Made by a program: the position numbers and the translations under genes. 64,000 nt of DNA, taken from positions 124,001 to 188,000 of the forward strand of contig LSRY02000024.1 in NCBI GenBank assembly GCA_001643675.2. The letters are read 5' to 3'. Below the pieces are notes generated by a model, which saw only the letters and a list, made by a program, of their open reading frames with translations, was not told the DNA's origin and made no database searches. Below are positions 11,300 through 22,708 of the stretch, in pieces. The first letter of the stretch is position 1, and the number at the start of each line of letters is the position of its first letter. This DNA is from Monocercomonoides exilis PA203. Its lineage: Eukaryota > Protista > Preaxostyla.

Positions 11300-13227
11300 T
11301 CTTTTTTTTCAGATTCGCCGTGACTGACCGTTAAGTGATACTCTCAGATCGAAGAGAAGAAAGTGAATGAATGTTTTCTTGTAAATCAAAATGCTCGCGT
11401 TTCGATTCATGTTAGAATTCATTAATATTTCAAAACGATTCATTTTTCAATACATAGAATAATGATCACAATATTTTGAAACACTTCATAAAAATGCTTT
11501 AAAAACGAAATACACAACACAATGTTTAATGTTGACGTGTTTTTGATTTAAACCTTCAAAACATTGTTTTATGATAAAAGCAAGACTTTCAGGCCACAAT
11601 TAAAAAACTTTGGTTTTTCTAAAAAACCCTGCCTTTAATTTAAAATTTCTGGGGAATCTTGAAATAAACTGTTTATTTTGATATAAATTTTTATTTCACA
11701 TTTTATCTTCTGATGCCCTATTTTTTGAGTTAGTGTTGTTGCAGCTATCGAGGAAAATTTGCTGGAGGTGGATAGTGTGAATCCCACTCTGCTCAGAGGT
11801 CTTCTGATATTCTGAAATACATAATTCAGGTACGACTCGAGTCCAGACTGAAGAATGCTCAAGTTAATAATTATTGATCGGCTGAGCCCATAAAATGGAG
11901 CTCTGTTTCTAATAGAAAGAAGAGTTGTATTTTTATTATTTCTCGAAAATAAGGAAGATAAAGCTTTTAAATCAAAAGATAAAGAAAGAAAAATAGATAA
12001 AGAAATATATCATTTCAAACAAAAAGACAAAACGATTCTTTTGTCGTTCCTCACTTTTGAAATAATATGAACATCATAATTAAATCAGAATAACTTTCGG
12101 ATAAACATTATTTTAATAATTATTCAAGAAAATCAATCTGAATAGAAAATCTGAATGAAAATGATAACATCCATTTCTTAATACTCATTTCATAGATTTT
12201 GTCACATTTTCTTACAGATGTGTGCATTCATTGGGCTGAATTGTTCTTGAAGATTATGTTGACCAATTTCCTTTTCATGATAAGAATAAAAAGAAAAGCT
12301 ATTGTGGTTATTCTTCTTATCTCCATCAATTTTCAACACTTATCTGAAGCTTCCAAAACAAGATTCTTTATCCAAGGTGATATTATTTACTGTTTATTTT
12401 TAGAGTTTATTCTTATAACTTCACAAAACATTTTAAAAACAAGAAATATCTCATTTTTATTTTATAGACTTTTCCAGAATGTTATGCAAAGAAAAACTGT
12501 TCAAAATTGATTGGAAAGAATATGGTGGAAGAATGATGATATTTTTGAAATACAAAAAAGAAAAGATGATGATGATGATAAAAAGAAAGATTGAATAAAA
12601 AACTCTTTCAATCAAAGTGAAATAATAGTGATGATGAAAATTGTTAAAAAAATGAATAATAGTGAAACAATGAATGAATTTCTTTAATCATTCATTGTTG
12701 AACATTTCAAGAAAGAAATTTGAAAATTAACTTGATTTGTTAATAAAACACAGAAAATGTCCACTTCCTTCTCATTGAAGAATATTCAACAAACAACAAC
12801 AATAAAAGACGAGAATGGATTTGTTCACACAAGGCTTTTTAACTGAAGAACATTGAACGAAATGAAATGAAAGGAAAGGAAAAAAAAGAATCAAAAGATG
12901 AGATGAAAATGGAAACACAACGAATTTTAAAAATGAAGTGTTATGATAGGAGTTACATCTGTATGGAATAGAAAGTGAATATAAACCTGAATAATATCAA
13001 AAGTGAAATATAAATATATAATTATGATATTCATGCAACCAAAGAGATCGATGGCAGCTATTTTCCAATGCCTCATCGAATATTTTTGAAATATCAATCG
13101 CACAATTTGACCAAATTGCACCAATTGCACCAAGATTCAGCAAGCTTCATTTTTTTGATCGAAAATCGAAGGACGAAATGTTAATTTTTTATTTCGCACA
13201 TTTTGATGAGATATTTTTCTCTCAGTT

Positions 13228-16200
13228 TCATCCTGCTTTTATAATTCTCTTCATCCATTTCTTCACTTTCGCCAAACTCGGTCTGTCATTTGGCTCATCT
13301 CCCCACATCTTCTCCATCAGCTCAACCAATTCTTCCCCTTCGATTCCTTCTGTTAGCGGTCTCACTCCATCCCTCATCATCTCCTGCGCTTCCTCTGTAT
13401 CACACTCGCTCAACGGCTCTTCCCCTGTTGTCATTTCATGCAGAATCAGTCCAAGTGCGAAAACAACAGCTTTTCCAATTCCCTCATCTTCATTTCCCAC
13501 TTCTGGTGCACTCCATCGCTTTGCTTCTTCCTTCTCCTTTTCATCCTCCAATTCCTCTGTCAAAACAAATATTTCATTATTTCCTTCTTCAACAAAGATC
13601 GTATATGGACACAATTGTTTCCCCATCATTTCCACCCTTTCGTCTTCAACTGAAATCAAATGCTCAAACAGCTCTGCCACGGCCAACACCACCTCCTTCC
13701 CATCAACAACATCCATAGCTCTTGTGCCCAGTGTGAAATCCCCCTCAACCGAATGAATCACTGAATGCAACGTTTTCAGGTTCTTTTTCTCTTTTTCTCG
13801 GAATGGCTTCTTTGCCGATATAACTTTCAATGAATGTTGTTGTAACACCCCTGAAACTGAAACATCCTCAGATCTTGGAGGTGGAAACCCAAAAACAGAC
13901 AAATCATTTTCATTCAGGATCTCATCATCATCATTATCATCATTATCGTAATTGCTTGTTGTTGGAGATTCAGATGAGTATTCTTCATCCTCGATCAATA
14001 ACGGAATTTGGCTCGTCATCCCTTCCAGCAAAGTCGATGGCATCTCGATCATCTCAAAACTTTCTCCGCTCTTCTCTCGCTTATTTATCGTTGTTCCTTC
14101 TTTATATCCCATTTTCTCTATTTTCTCAACAACTTCATTCAATTTCTTTCGATGAATCACAACTGACACAACAAATACAAATACAAATATCAAAAACAGT
14201 GCTGCCATTACAACAATAACAATCACACTCCATTCATTGCTTTTTCCTGCTTTGTTGATATTGTCATCTCCTTTTTCAGTGTTACGCCCTCCTTTTTCTA
14301 TTTCACGCTCTCTCTCTTCTATGTCACGCTCTCTCTCTTCTATTTCACGCTCTCTCTCTTCTATTTCACGCTCTCTCTCTTCTATTTCATGCTCTCCTTT
14401 TGATTGCGATTCACTCTTGTTCACCACCACAATTCCATTCGAACAAGATGTTTTTCCTTTTCCAAACACAATGCACACACTCACTTCTGTTTTCTTCTCC
14501 ATCACTTTCAACACTTCAGATGAGATAACCGAATGCACCTCATTCTCCGATATATACCCATCTTCTGCAATGTTGTTTGTGTGAGAAAGCTCAACATCTC
14601 CATCCTTCATGCTTATCTTCACTGACAGATTGCATGGAAGAAGCAGCTTCCCATGAATGATCAGTTCCATTTCTCCTGTTGGCTGTGTTGTGTTCTTCAC
14701 TTCTTCCAAGATAGGGATGAAAAAGGATGATGTTCTTTCACTCGCTATCCCTCCCAATTCGCATCCTTCGTCCAATATCCACAATGATGTGTTTTTCTCA
14801 ATTCCATCTCCCCCTTTCACACTCACAACATCCAACTCCCCATTCCCTTCACAAATCACATTCCTTCGAGCTGATGGATATCCTTCAATAGATGGGTTGT
14901 TGTTCTCAAATTCTCCTTTTTCGATCTTCACACTCCCTCCATTCACCCACAGCCCACCTGCCTTGCTATTTCTGATTGTTGTTTCCCTCATCTCCACATT
15001 GCTCTTCTCAATATCAACCAATGACCCATTCCACTTGCATAATCCCTCTTTTATCTTGTTTCCTTCATTGATTGCCTCTGTTTCTTTTTCTCCATCAAAC
15101 ACACATATCTTAATCCTCACATTCTTGGAATTCCTGATCTGCATCATGCTTCCCTTATCAACCGAATTCCCACATTTCCCAAATGAGCAGTTCAATACAC
15201 TCACCCCTTGTTCAGCTTCTTCCATCTCAATGGCACACCCATTCGTCAGCAGAGTCACATTCTCAACCGTCATCTCTTTCATCTCCACTTTCGCTTTTCC
15301 CCTAACACTCACAACATCTCCCTCACATTCGATATTCGACATTCTTGTTTCAAGCAATGTCACATCCGATTCTTTGTTGAATAAAAGCACAGATCTTGTT
15401 GAATGAATATCTCTTATTATTGTTTCCGATATCCTCAGCTCTCCACTTTCCACGCTCGCAATTGAACTGTTCAACTTCAGTTTATCAGAAGAAGAGATGA
15501 ACTTGCATTCTTGAATTTTTGTTGTTCCGTTCATCACTTTCATGAGACAATTGTGAGAAGCCTCAAATGAATCTTCAAACTGAAATGAGCATCTCTCAAT
15601 TGAGCTTTTATTTATTAATTCCATGATGCAATCCTTCTCTGCTGATTTCTCTATCTTCGATTTCAACCGAACAATCCCCTGCGTCTTTTTCAATGAATTC
15701 ACAACCAGATCCCCGATGGAGCATTCGCCCGAAACAACTCCTTCTCCATCAATCAGAATCGCATTCATTACTCCTTCCTGAATGTGATCAACTCCACAGT
15801 TGATGCTCATGCATGGATAGCTCTGAGCCCCGCATCGTCTGCTATCACTCCCTGTTCCATTCACAAACACTTGAAGCCCATAAAAATAGGTGATTAGCGG
15901 AATCAGATCAACATCAATCTCATTGATTGCATCCCTCCCACAGATGGAGTTGTTTGAGTTCAACGACTCCTGGGTGTAGTTCAAAGCAAACAGCGTTTCG
16001 CTGATCTGGTGCTCAATCGAATGACATCTGACGAACATGTTTTTCCCCACATGTGCCTCATTCATAGCAAACAGAATATTCGCAACTTTAAAATTTAGAG
16101 GCGGGAAGTTAAATACATCAGCATAATTGGTATTCGAGTCTGCTCCATCAATAAACAGTCCTCCTCCTCGCCCTGTTTCAGTCGAGCATTTGCACATCGA

Positions 16201-19200
16201 AAATGAGCTGTCATTCACTTTCAAAGCTGATTCTCCACTCTTCAGCACCACTCTCATTCCTCCTCCTTCTGTGCTCAAATCGCTCCTGCATATGGACATT
16301 GTGCATTCTTCTATCGTGCAATCTATCGCATTCTCAAACGATCCCAATTCAATAACGCTTGCACTGCTTCCTTCGTTCTTGATGGTTTCAAATGAACACC
16401 CAACAAAACTCAAAACCGGTCTGTTCCCATTTGAAAAACCCTTCTTTTCTCCGTTCGTCTGATTTTCCTCTTCTGTCATCGAAATCAGGCTGTTTGCTGT
16501 CAAAGTGGCTGATGAAATGTTCACATTCCGAATCGTCACCTGGCTCGCACTTGGGCTGAATGTTATGAACCCTTTCAATTCGTTGATCTTATTCAACGTG
16601 CAGCTCTGAATTGCTGCGCTCCCTCCGTTCACTTTTATCACGCAATATGCAAAACTTTCAACCGTCCCACTCGATGACCCAAATGAGCAGTCTGTGACTG
16701 ACAATACTGTATTTGTTCCTGACGATTCAATGAATACTGCATGATGAGTGATTATGCTGGGTTTTGTGAATGATAAATTGAAAAATGACAGACTCACACT
16801 CGACGATATCATTGCACCACTGCTGACAGCATTCCCATCTTCATCAGTAATTGTCACGCTTGTCCCTTTCTTTGTTCCTTTTATCACAACTACTGGTGCT
16901 TCTGAATCTGGCAAAGTTGGCAACGAAGACAAGAATGATATCGGATGGCTCAGCGATCCTGAATCCCCAATGCTGATCTGGCATTCGCCTTTTCCAAGTG
17001 GCTCATATCTCAGTGATATCAAGTGGTCAATCGATGAGCATGGTGCTTCAGAAAACCCACAACCACTGAAGTCTCCTCCTTTCTCAACTGAAACAAACCC
17101 TTCCCCACTCCAGTTCCTCCACAAATACACAACCAATGGAATCACATATCCCTCCTCTCCTGTTGTCATCCTCTCCCAGCCACACAACCCATCCAATGAC
17201 TTCTCATCACTTGCACTCAACCCCCATTTCAGTTGTTCGTTCGACATAACCTCGTCCAGCTCATTTCCCGATATGAACACTTTCTTCCCTTTCCAAGCAT
17301 TGCACCTGCTGAATGTCACTCCTTCCATCTTAAATGATCCCATTGTATCTGCCAATCGAACAAACATCCCTCCTCCCATTCCTCTTCCTTTCTGCAAGTT
17401 GTCTTCTGCTGGCACCTGGCATCCCGTGAACGTTACGCTTTTAATCTCCAAACTTCCTCCTTTCTCAGCTGAAATCATCATCCCTCCTCCTTTCATCCCA
17501 CCTCCACCTGTGCATGTTGTTGAAATGTTGCAGTTATCCACAACTGCGCTTTCTCCTTCTTTTATCCCAGCACTGATGCATCCTCCTCCTTCTACGCTCC
17601 CACCTTCCACCGTCACTCCACTCACTCTGCTGTTCTTGATGTCCAATTTCTCTCCATTTGTAATCGTTATTGGAGACTTCCCATTCATCGTCAATGTTTC
17701 TGCATTTTCCATCATCAATCCATCCACAATCAGTTCTCCTCCCTCAATGTTCAGGATGTTGTATCCAATCTTTTCATCAGCTAATGCATCCCTTGAAAAC
17801 GTGACAGAACAGCTTGTTATCGTAATCGTTGATGATGAGGAGTGGATGAATGCAGTCCTCCTTCCATTTATTTCCTTGTTCATCACAAATGCCAAATTCG
17901 TCATTTCAAACGATTTTGTGCACTCAATAAGCCCATTTTGGTTCAATTCCCCTCCATCCTTTACCTCAACTTTCATCTTCTCTCCTGCTTGTATTTCTTT
18001 CCCTGTCAAACTCACATCAAATGAAAGCACTTTCATTTCACTTTTAATTGATGATTCAGAAGAAACCTCAACTTTCTGCATGTTTTCCTGAACTCGACTG
18101 ATCACACAATAGTCAATTGTCAGACACCCAAACTTCTCAAATCCACAAGAACTGTGATCCAATGCCACCTCTCCTTTCCCATCGACAGTCAACTTCGATC
18201 CGATTGAGAACAAATACACAAACAGCGGAATCACTTTCTCATCTTTCCCATCCTCGCTCCCGCAAAACTTCAATTCATCCGATGGAATAGCGCTTTTCTC
18301 AAAAAATTTAAATGAGTTTGCATTCACCTTTGACTCAAGAAAAATCCCAGAATCGCAGCAAACAAACACATCCTTTCCATATTTCGCTTTGTTTGCTGTA
18401 TCTTCCGAAAACTTAACTCCTGATCCAATCGCCAACTTGCTCTTCCAGCTCAGCACCTCCACCATCATTCCTCCGCCTTTCCCTTCAGTATCTTCCTCTT
18501 TGTATGCCTCACACCCATCGATCTCACAACTCCCATTCACAACAACACTTCCTTCTCCTTTCATACTCACACATATCCCTCCTCCTTTTCCTCCTTTTCC
18601 ATCTTTTCTCCGACTCTTGCAGTTCTTAATAATGCATGATTCAATCACAACAATCCCACCAGATCCTCCCCCAAAGTCTTCTCCAACCGCTCCTTCCATC
18701 AATCCCCCATCTCCATTTTTCCTGTCAATCGAGTTAATAATGCAACCTTTGAAATACACAACATTCACCCCGCCTTCAAACTCAACCAATGAGCGTTCTC
18801 CAAATGGCAACGCTTTTTCAATGATAAACTTCACCACATTTAGTTTTCCTGAAATCCCCTTAACAACGCTGTATCCAAAATATGCACCAGAAGGGATCTG
18901 TACTAAATTCGTGATCGAGCAGCTCGTGAGTGTGAGGGATGTGGAGTTCGCTAAAATCAGCGAAGTTACACCTGCAAGCTCGGTTGGCAGTGAAAACGTG
19001 ATATTTTCTATTTTGCATGTGCTCTGCGCGTTGATCAGCCAATCAGAACTTATGGAACTTGGATGAATCACTTTCATATTCGTATTATTTGAGGCACAAG
19101 AGATCAACCATTCATTGACACCTGTTATGGCAATCTCTTCAGCAAGCTCAAATCCAATATCCAGCTCAATCTTCTTGTTTGTATCTGGATATCGCACCTG

Positions 19201-22200
19201 GGCAGCATGGGTGATGGTGGCACAAGGATAATAATCAAACCCGCAAAACCACGAGTCATATCCACCCAGATTGTTCTTCGCCTTCCCCACATGTGCAGCT
19301 TTCGGAAAAGTGTCAAAATACACATTAAGCGGGAATTGCCCCATTTCTTCATTGTTCCGATCATATCCAACCAGCTCATTGTATTTTGAATCGTCACGCT
19401 GGACATCCAGCTTTTCTGTTGTTATTCCCCAGCTCACCGAATCGCTCCCATTCACAAATACATAATTTCCGCCAGAATTTGCTTCGCAGCCTGAAAAGTC
19501 TACAGAAACAATTGAGAAGTCAACCGAGTTATCCGCCAGATGCAACATCATCCCTCCTCCATATTTGCCACTTGTGCATCTGTTGATTGTTGTTGTTCCT
19601 GCCTCATGCTTGCTTGTCGGTGATAATAAATCAACCTTAATCCCTCCACCACTTCCACTCTTGCACTCGCAATTTTCGATTGTCACATTCCGAACCACAA
19701 ATGTCTCTCCAGCCTTCACACTCTTTGCTACAACAACCCCATCTCCTTCTGTCAACTTCACATTCATCACATTCACATTCGCCAACATACTCTCTCCAGA
19801 TGTTGTGGATGACAAAAACAGGAAAGATGAAGAGAATGAAGAAGATAGATCCGGCTCAGAGAACAATGGTTTTGAGACATTCATATCTTTGATCTCCACA
19901 TCAACCATCGACAGCTGCGACAGCGGCACCACAAACACTGACGAAGACATCACATATTCTCCTGTTTTACTCGTGGTGATCACAACATCCTCCAATGAGA
20001 GTGACCCACTCCCACCAGATACCACAACCACACTCGGCGAAGAAGGATTTGCATTTGAGTTGCAATCAACCTTCAACTGACTCATTCCCAAATGACCTGT
20101 TGTCACACTGAACAGCGCTCCTACCGATGAAAGTGCTCCTGTTCCAATCGAACTCTCCATCCTCCCTGTCCCAATGAATGAAATCTTCTTTGTCCCAATC
20201 TCAATGGTTGTTGTCTCGCTTGTGTGATTTCCTCCCATCAGCGTGATTGTCAAACTAATTTGTGTCTCACACATCTCAAGCGCCTTCTTCACTGTCAGAC
20301 AAGAAAATGTTGTATTTGCCCCGCATAGCTCAAAATTGTCATTTCCACTCACTGAGACAAAGATCGTCTTTTCTTTCAGCCAATCCTTCTTTTCAGTGTG
20401 CTGATATGACCAGATGCTTCCCGTGTTATCATATGCATAGCACACTCTCTTTTCATCTGTGTTCGTGGTGAAGCATTCTTTGAATGGATTATTTGAATAT
20501 AAGCAGAGACTGTATCTGTCCTCGTAATGGATGTCATCTCCATACGACGGATTACTGGAACAACTGCAGTCATGAAAGAAAAGGAAAAAACAATACAGTT
20601 TATCACTTGGAAAAACATCTTGCCATGGAGAAAAGAACAATCCTCCTCCATGAGATGCTGCCGAACATGAAATAAATTTAATGCTCCTCATTTTGAAAAG
20701 TGTTGCAGGAACATTTTTGCAAAACATACCTCCACCGCCTGAGCCTGAAATCGAGCATGAAGTGAAACAGCAGTCAAACACACACGCACTCTCCCCTTCT
20801 CCATTTTCTGTTGGAATGCATCCTGTTCCCGAAACCTGAAATTTTTCAAGATAAAGTCCTCCTCCCCAACCATATGCATAACATTTTTGAAATTCACATC
20901 CGCCAATACAAACACACGTTGAAATAGAACTAATGCTCATTCCTCCTCCATATTGATTTTGCGCGGTGCATGAATTGAATGAGTTGTTTTCAATTTTGAT
21001 AGAATAAATTGAATAGCACATGATTCCGCCTCCGCCATAATGAGCATAGCAGTAATTAAATGAACAAAATTTCACTGAAAGCGTTCCTGATGCCTTGTTA
21101 AACATGTTAATCGCCCCTCCGCTCGAAATCCCATCTGAAATTGAATCGCTTGTTCCTGTTGTCCTCGATCCGTTCCACTCGCACCAAGTGAATGAATTCG
21201 CTCCATTCTCTGTTTCATTTTGCCTCCCTGGAGTCAACTTTCCATCTGAAGTTCCTTCGCATTCAACATTCCTTGTCCGACAACATCTGACAAACGAGGT
21301 GTTTGAGGCTGTCAAAGAAACCAAGGGGTTGTTGAGAGAGGGAACAATCCCTCCATCATATGCTTCGCAAACAGAAGTGAATGAGCAGCTGTTCATAAAA
21401 CAATTTGTTTGGGCTGACATAGTGATTGAAGGTGAGCATGCCTCATTTGCTGTTGAAATGTTGAAAAATGTCAAATGAGAGAGGCATACAAGAGGTATGG
21501 AAGGGGATGATAGGAATGGGGCTGATGAGACACAAAAAGAAGAGAAGTGTGATTCGCTCACTGAAATACTTCCTTCTCCTTCATCGCTCCCTCCAAGCAG
21601 CCTCCCAGAATATATATCTCCTCCTCTTTCCCATCCCTTCGACGTGATATTCGATAATATCCCAATGCACCCACAAAGATCAAATGCCCCTGCCTCATCG
21701 TCCTTCCCCATCCCCACAACACACCCCCTCACCACAACCACGCTTCCCCTCCTTCCGTGCACCACACTCCCACACTCACCCCCAGCCAGCCCAATCTCCT
21801 TCAACTCAATGGACGAGTTTGATGCACAAACACATCCCTCAATCTTGCTTTTTATATGATCTTTTAACATTTCTTTAAAAAGGTGCATCCGATAATTACT
21901 TGATATTTCTGGTTCAATCGTCCGATAATATCTTTTGTTTTCCTTCACATCATGTTGCAAATTGCGTTTTTCGGATTTTCTTTCAATTTCCGTGCTTCCA
22001 ATGCAGATGCAAGGCTGGAAAGTGTTCATGTGTTGCAATAAATTATTATAATACACTTTATGCTCAGATGAATTTTTGAGACATCTGTGTATCTGAGGAT
22101 GAACAAATATCTTCTCGCTTCTGCACTCTTCATCACGTTGTTGTTCGATGAAATGTTCGGTTGACTGGGAATTACCGATATAAATGTATGCAAGAACTGC

Positions 22201-22224
22201 AAAAATTACAACCGATAATTGCAT
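13228..22224 (-). CDS. Giant (~3000 aa) type I surface protein: signal peptide, beta-helix/Pmp-like and CG-x-PC repeats, TM helix, degenerate kinase-like tail
   Basis: Uninterrupted ORF with hydrophobic N-terminus MQLSVVIFAVLAYIYIG. Repeated FxxC...GGG motifs; TM segment WSVIVIVVMAALFLIFVFVFVVSVVI. Kinase C-lobe motifs RWSAPEV, VFALGLILHEMTTGEEP and DEPNDRPS. Confidence 0.9.
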   Translation of the reverse strand: MQLSVVIFAVLAYIYIGNSQSTEHFIEQQRDEECRSEKIFVHPQIHRCLKNSSEHKVYYNNLLQHMNTFQPCICIGSTEIERKSEKRNLQHDVKENKRYYRTIEPEISSNYRMHLFKEMLKDHIKSKIEGCVCASNSSIELKEIGLAGGECGSVVHGRRGSVVVVRGCVVGMGKDDEAGAFDLCGCIGILSNITSKGWERGGDIYSGRLLGGSDEGEGSISVSESHFSSFCVSSAPFLSSPSIPLVCLSHLTFFNISTANEACSPSITMSAQTNCFMNSCSFTSVCEAYDGGIVPSLNNPLVSLTASNTSFVRCCRTRNVECEGTSDGKLTPGRQNETENGANSFTWCEWNGSRTTGTSDSISDGISSGGAINMFNKASGTLSVKFCSFNYCYAHYGGGGIMCYSIYSIKIENNSFNSCTAQNQYGGGMSISSISTCVCIGGCEFQKCYAYGWGGGLYLEKFQVSGTGCIPTENGEGESACVFDCCFTSCSISGSGGGGMFCKNVPATLFKMRSIKFISCSAASHGGGLFFSPWQDVFPSDKLYCFFLFFHDCSCSSNPSYGDDIHYEDRYSLCLYSNNPFKECFTTNTDEKRVCYAYDNTGSIWSYQHTEKKDWLKEKTIFVSVSGNDNFELCGANTTFSCLTVKKALEMCETQISLTITLMGGNHTSETTTIEIGTKKISFIGTGRMESSIGTGALSSVGALFSVTTGHLGMSQLKVDCNSNANPSSPSVVVVSGGSGSLSLEDVVITTSKTGEYVMSSSVFVVPLSQLSMVDVEIKDMNVSKPLFSEPDLSSSFSSSFLFLSSTTSGESMLANVNVMNVKLTEGDGVVVAKSVKAGETFVVRNVTIENCECKSGSGGGIKVDLLSPTSKHEAGTTTINRCTSGKYGGGMMLHLADNSVDFSIVSVDFSGCEANSGGNYVFVNGSDSVSWGITTEKLDVQRDDSKYNELVGYDRNNEEMGQFPLNVYFDTFPKAAHVGKAKNNLGGYDSWFCGFDYYPCATITHAAQVRYPDTNKKIELDIGFELAEEIAITGVNEWLISCASNNTNMKVIHPSSISSDWLINAQSTCKIENITFSLPTELAGVTSLILANSTSLTLTSCSITNLVQIPSGAYFGYSVVKGISGKLNVVKFIIEKALPFGERSLVEFEGGVNVVYFKGCIINSIDRKNGDGGLMEGAVGEDFGGGSGGIVVIESCIIKNCKSRRKDGKGGKGGGICVSMKGEGSVVVNGSCEIDGCEAYKEEDTEGKGGGMMVEVLSWKSKLAIGSGVKFSEDTANKAKYGKDVFVCCDSGIFLESKVNANSFKFFEKSAIPSDELKFCGSEDGKDEKVIPLFVYLFSIGSKLTVDGKGEVALDHSSCGFEKFGCLTIDYCVISRVQENMQKVEVSSESSIKSEMKVLSFDVSLTGKEIQAGEKMKVEVKDGGELNQNGLIECTKSFEMTNLAFVMNKEINGRRTAFIHSSSSTITITSCSVTFSRDALADEKIGYNILNIEGGELIVDGLMMENAETLTMNGKSPITITNGEKLDIKNSRVSGVTVEGGSVEGGGCISAGIKEGESAVVDNCNISTTCTGGGGMKGGGMMISAEKGGSLEIKSVTFTGCQVPAEDNLQKGRGMGGGMFVRLADTMGSFKMEGVTFSRCNAWKGKKVFISGNELDEVMSNEQLKWGLSASDEKSLDGLCGWERMTTGEEGYVIPLVVYLWRNWSGEGFVSVEKGGDFSGCGFSEAPCSSIDHLISLRYEPLGKGECQISIGDSGSLSHPISFLSSLPTLPDSEAPVVVIKGTKKGTSVTITDEDGNAVSSGAMISSSVSLSFFNLSFTKPSIITHHAVFIESSGTNTVLSVTDCSFGSSSGTVESFAYCVIKVNGGSAAIQSCTLNKINELKGFITFSPSASQVTIRNVNISSATLTANSLISMTEEENQTNGEKKGFSNGNRPVLSFVGCSFETIKNEGSSASVIELGSFENAIDCTIEECTMSICRSDLSTEGGGMRVVLKSGESALKVNDSSFSMCKCSTETGRGGGLFIDGADSNTNYADVFNFPPLNFKVANILFAMNEAHVGKNMFVRCHSIEHQISETLFALNYTQESLNSNNSICGRDAINEIDVDLIPLITYFYGLQVFVNGTGSDSRRCGAQSYPCMSINCGVDHIQEGVMNAILIDGEGVVSGECSIGDLVVNSLKKTQGIVRLKSKIEKSAEKDCIMELINKSSIERCSFQFEDSFEASHNCLMKVMNGTTKIQECKFISSSDKLKLNSSIASVESGELRISETIIRDIHSTRSVLLFNKESDVTLLETRMSNIECEGDVVSVRGKAKVEMKEMTVENVTLLTNGCAIEMEEAEQGVSVLNCSFGKCGNSVDKGSMMQIRNSKNVRIKICVFDGEKETEAINEGNKIKEGLCKWNGSLVDIEKSNVEMRETTIRNSKAGGLWVNGGSVKIEKGEFENNNPSIEGYPSARRNVICEGNGELDVVSVKGGDGIEKNTSLWILDEGCELGGIASERTSSFFIPILEEVKNTTQPTGEMELIIHGKLLLPCNLSVKISMKDGDVELSHTNNIAEDGYISENEVHSVISSEVLKVMEKKTEVSVCIVFGKGKTSCSNGIVVVNKSESQSKGEHEIEEREREIEEREREIEERERDIEEREREIEKGGRNTEKGDDNINKAGKSNEWSVIVIVVMAALFLIFVFVFVVSVVIHRKKLNEVVEKIEKMGYKEGTTINKREKSGESFEMIEMPSTLLEGMTSQIPLLIEDEEYSSESPTTSNYDNDDNDDDEILNENDLSVFGFPPPRSEDVSVSGVLQQHSLKVISAKKPFREKEKKNLKTLHSVIHSVEGDFTLGTRAMDVVDGKEVVLAVAELFEHLISVEDERVEMMGKQLCPYTIFVEEGNNEIFVLTEELEDEKEKEEAKRWSAPEVGNEDEGIGKAVVFALGLILHEMTTGEEPLSECDTEEAQEMMRDGVRPLTEGIEGEELVELMEKMWGDEPNDRPSLAKVKKWMKRIIKAG
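14298..14396. repeat. 21-bp coding tandem repeat (EREREIE, ~4.7 copies)
   Basis: CTATTTCACGCTCTCTCTCTT units. Confidence 0.9.
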
Positions 22225-22708
22225 CTCTATCACTTAATCGATAAAAAGAAAATGAATAAATTATTTGTATTTATTAAGGGATAATTATTGAATTAATTTT
22301 CTAATTCTTACCAAAATTTTCACATTTGAAGTTATTTAATTCTTATTTAAAAATAGAAAAAGAAAAGATAAGAAAGTATTTCATGATAAACTTTCTGTTA
22401 AAAATTGAAATACCCAATTATTATTTCAAATGCAAATTTGATATAAGTAAAATATTTCATCCTTTTCTTTTTCAAAAAGATTAAACAAATGAGATGATTT
22501 GTTTACCAAAAAATTAATTAATTAACAAATAAAATATTTACAAAAAAGCAATCTTTTGATGAGGGGAAAAAGTTGATTTAAAATAATTCATCGAATTTTG
22601 AAGAATGATTGAAGGAAACAATTCACACGATAAAAATACATTAAAAATAAAAAATAATAAAAATAAAAAATGGAATAGAATTTATTTAGCTAACAAGAAT
22701 TGAAGAAT

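Noticed and set aside
13178-21878. Many plus-strand ORFs up to 447 aa
   Set aside because: Antisense shadows of the 3000-aa gene; the same applies to the minus-strand ORFs at 51.7-59.3 kb.
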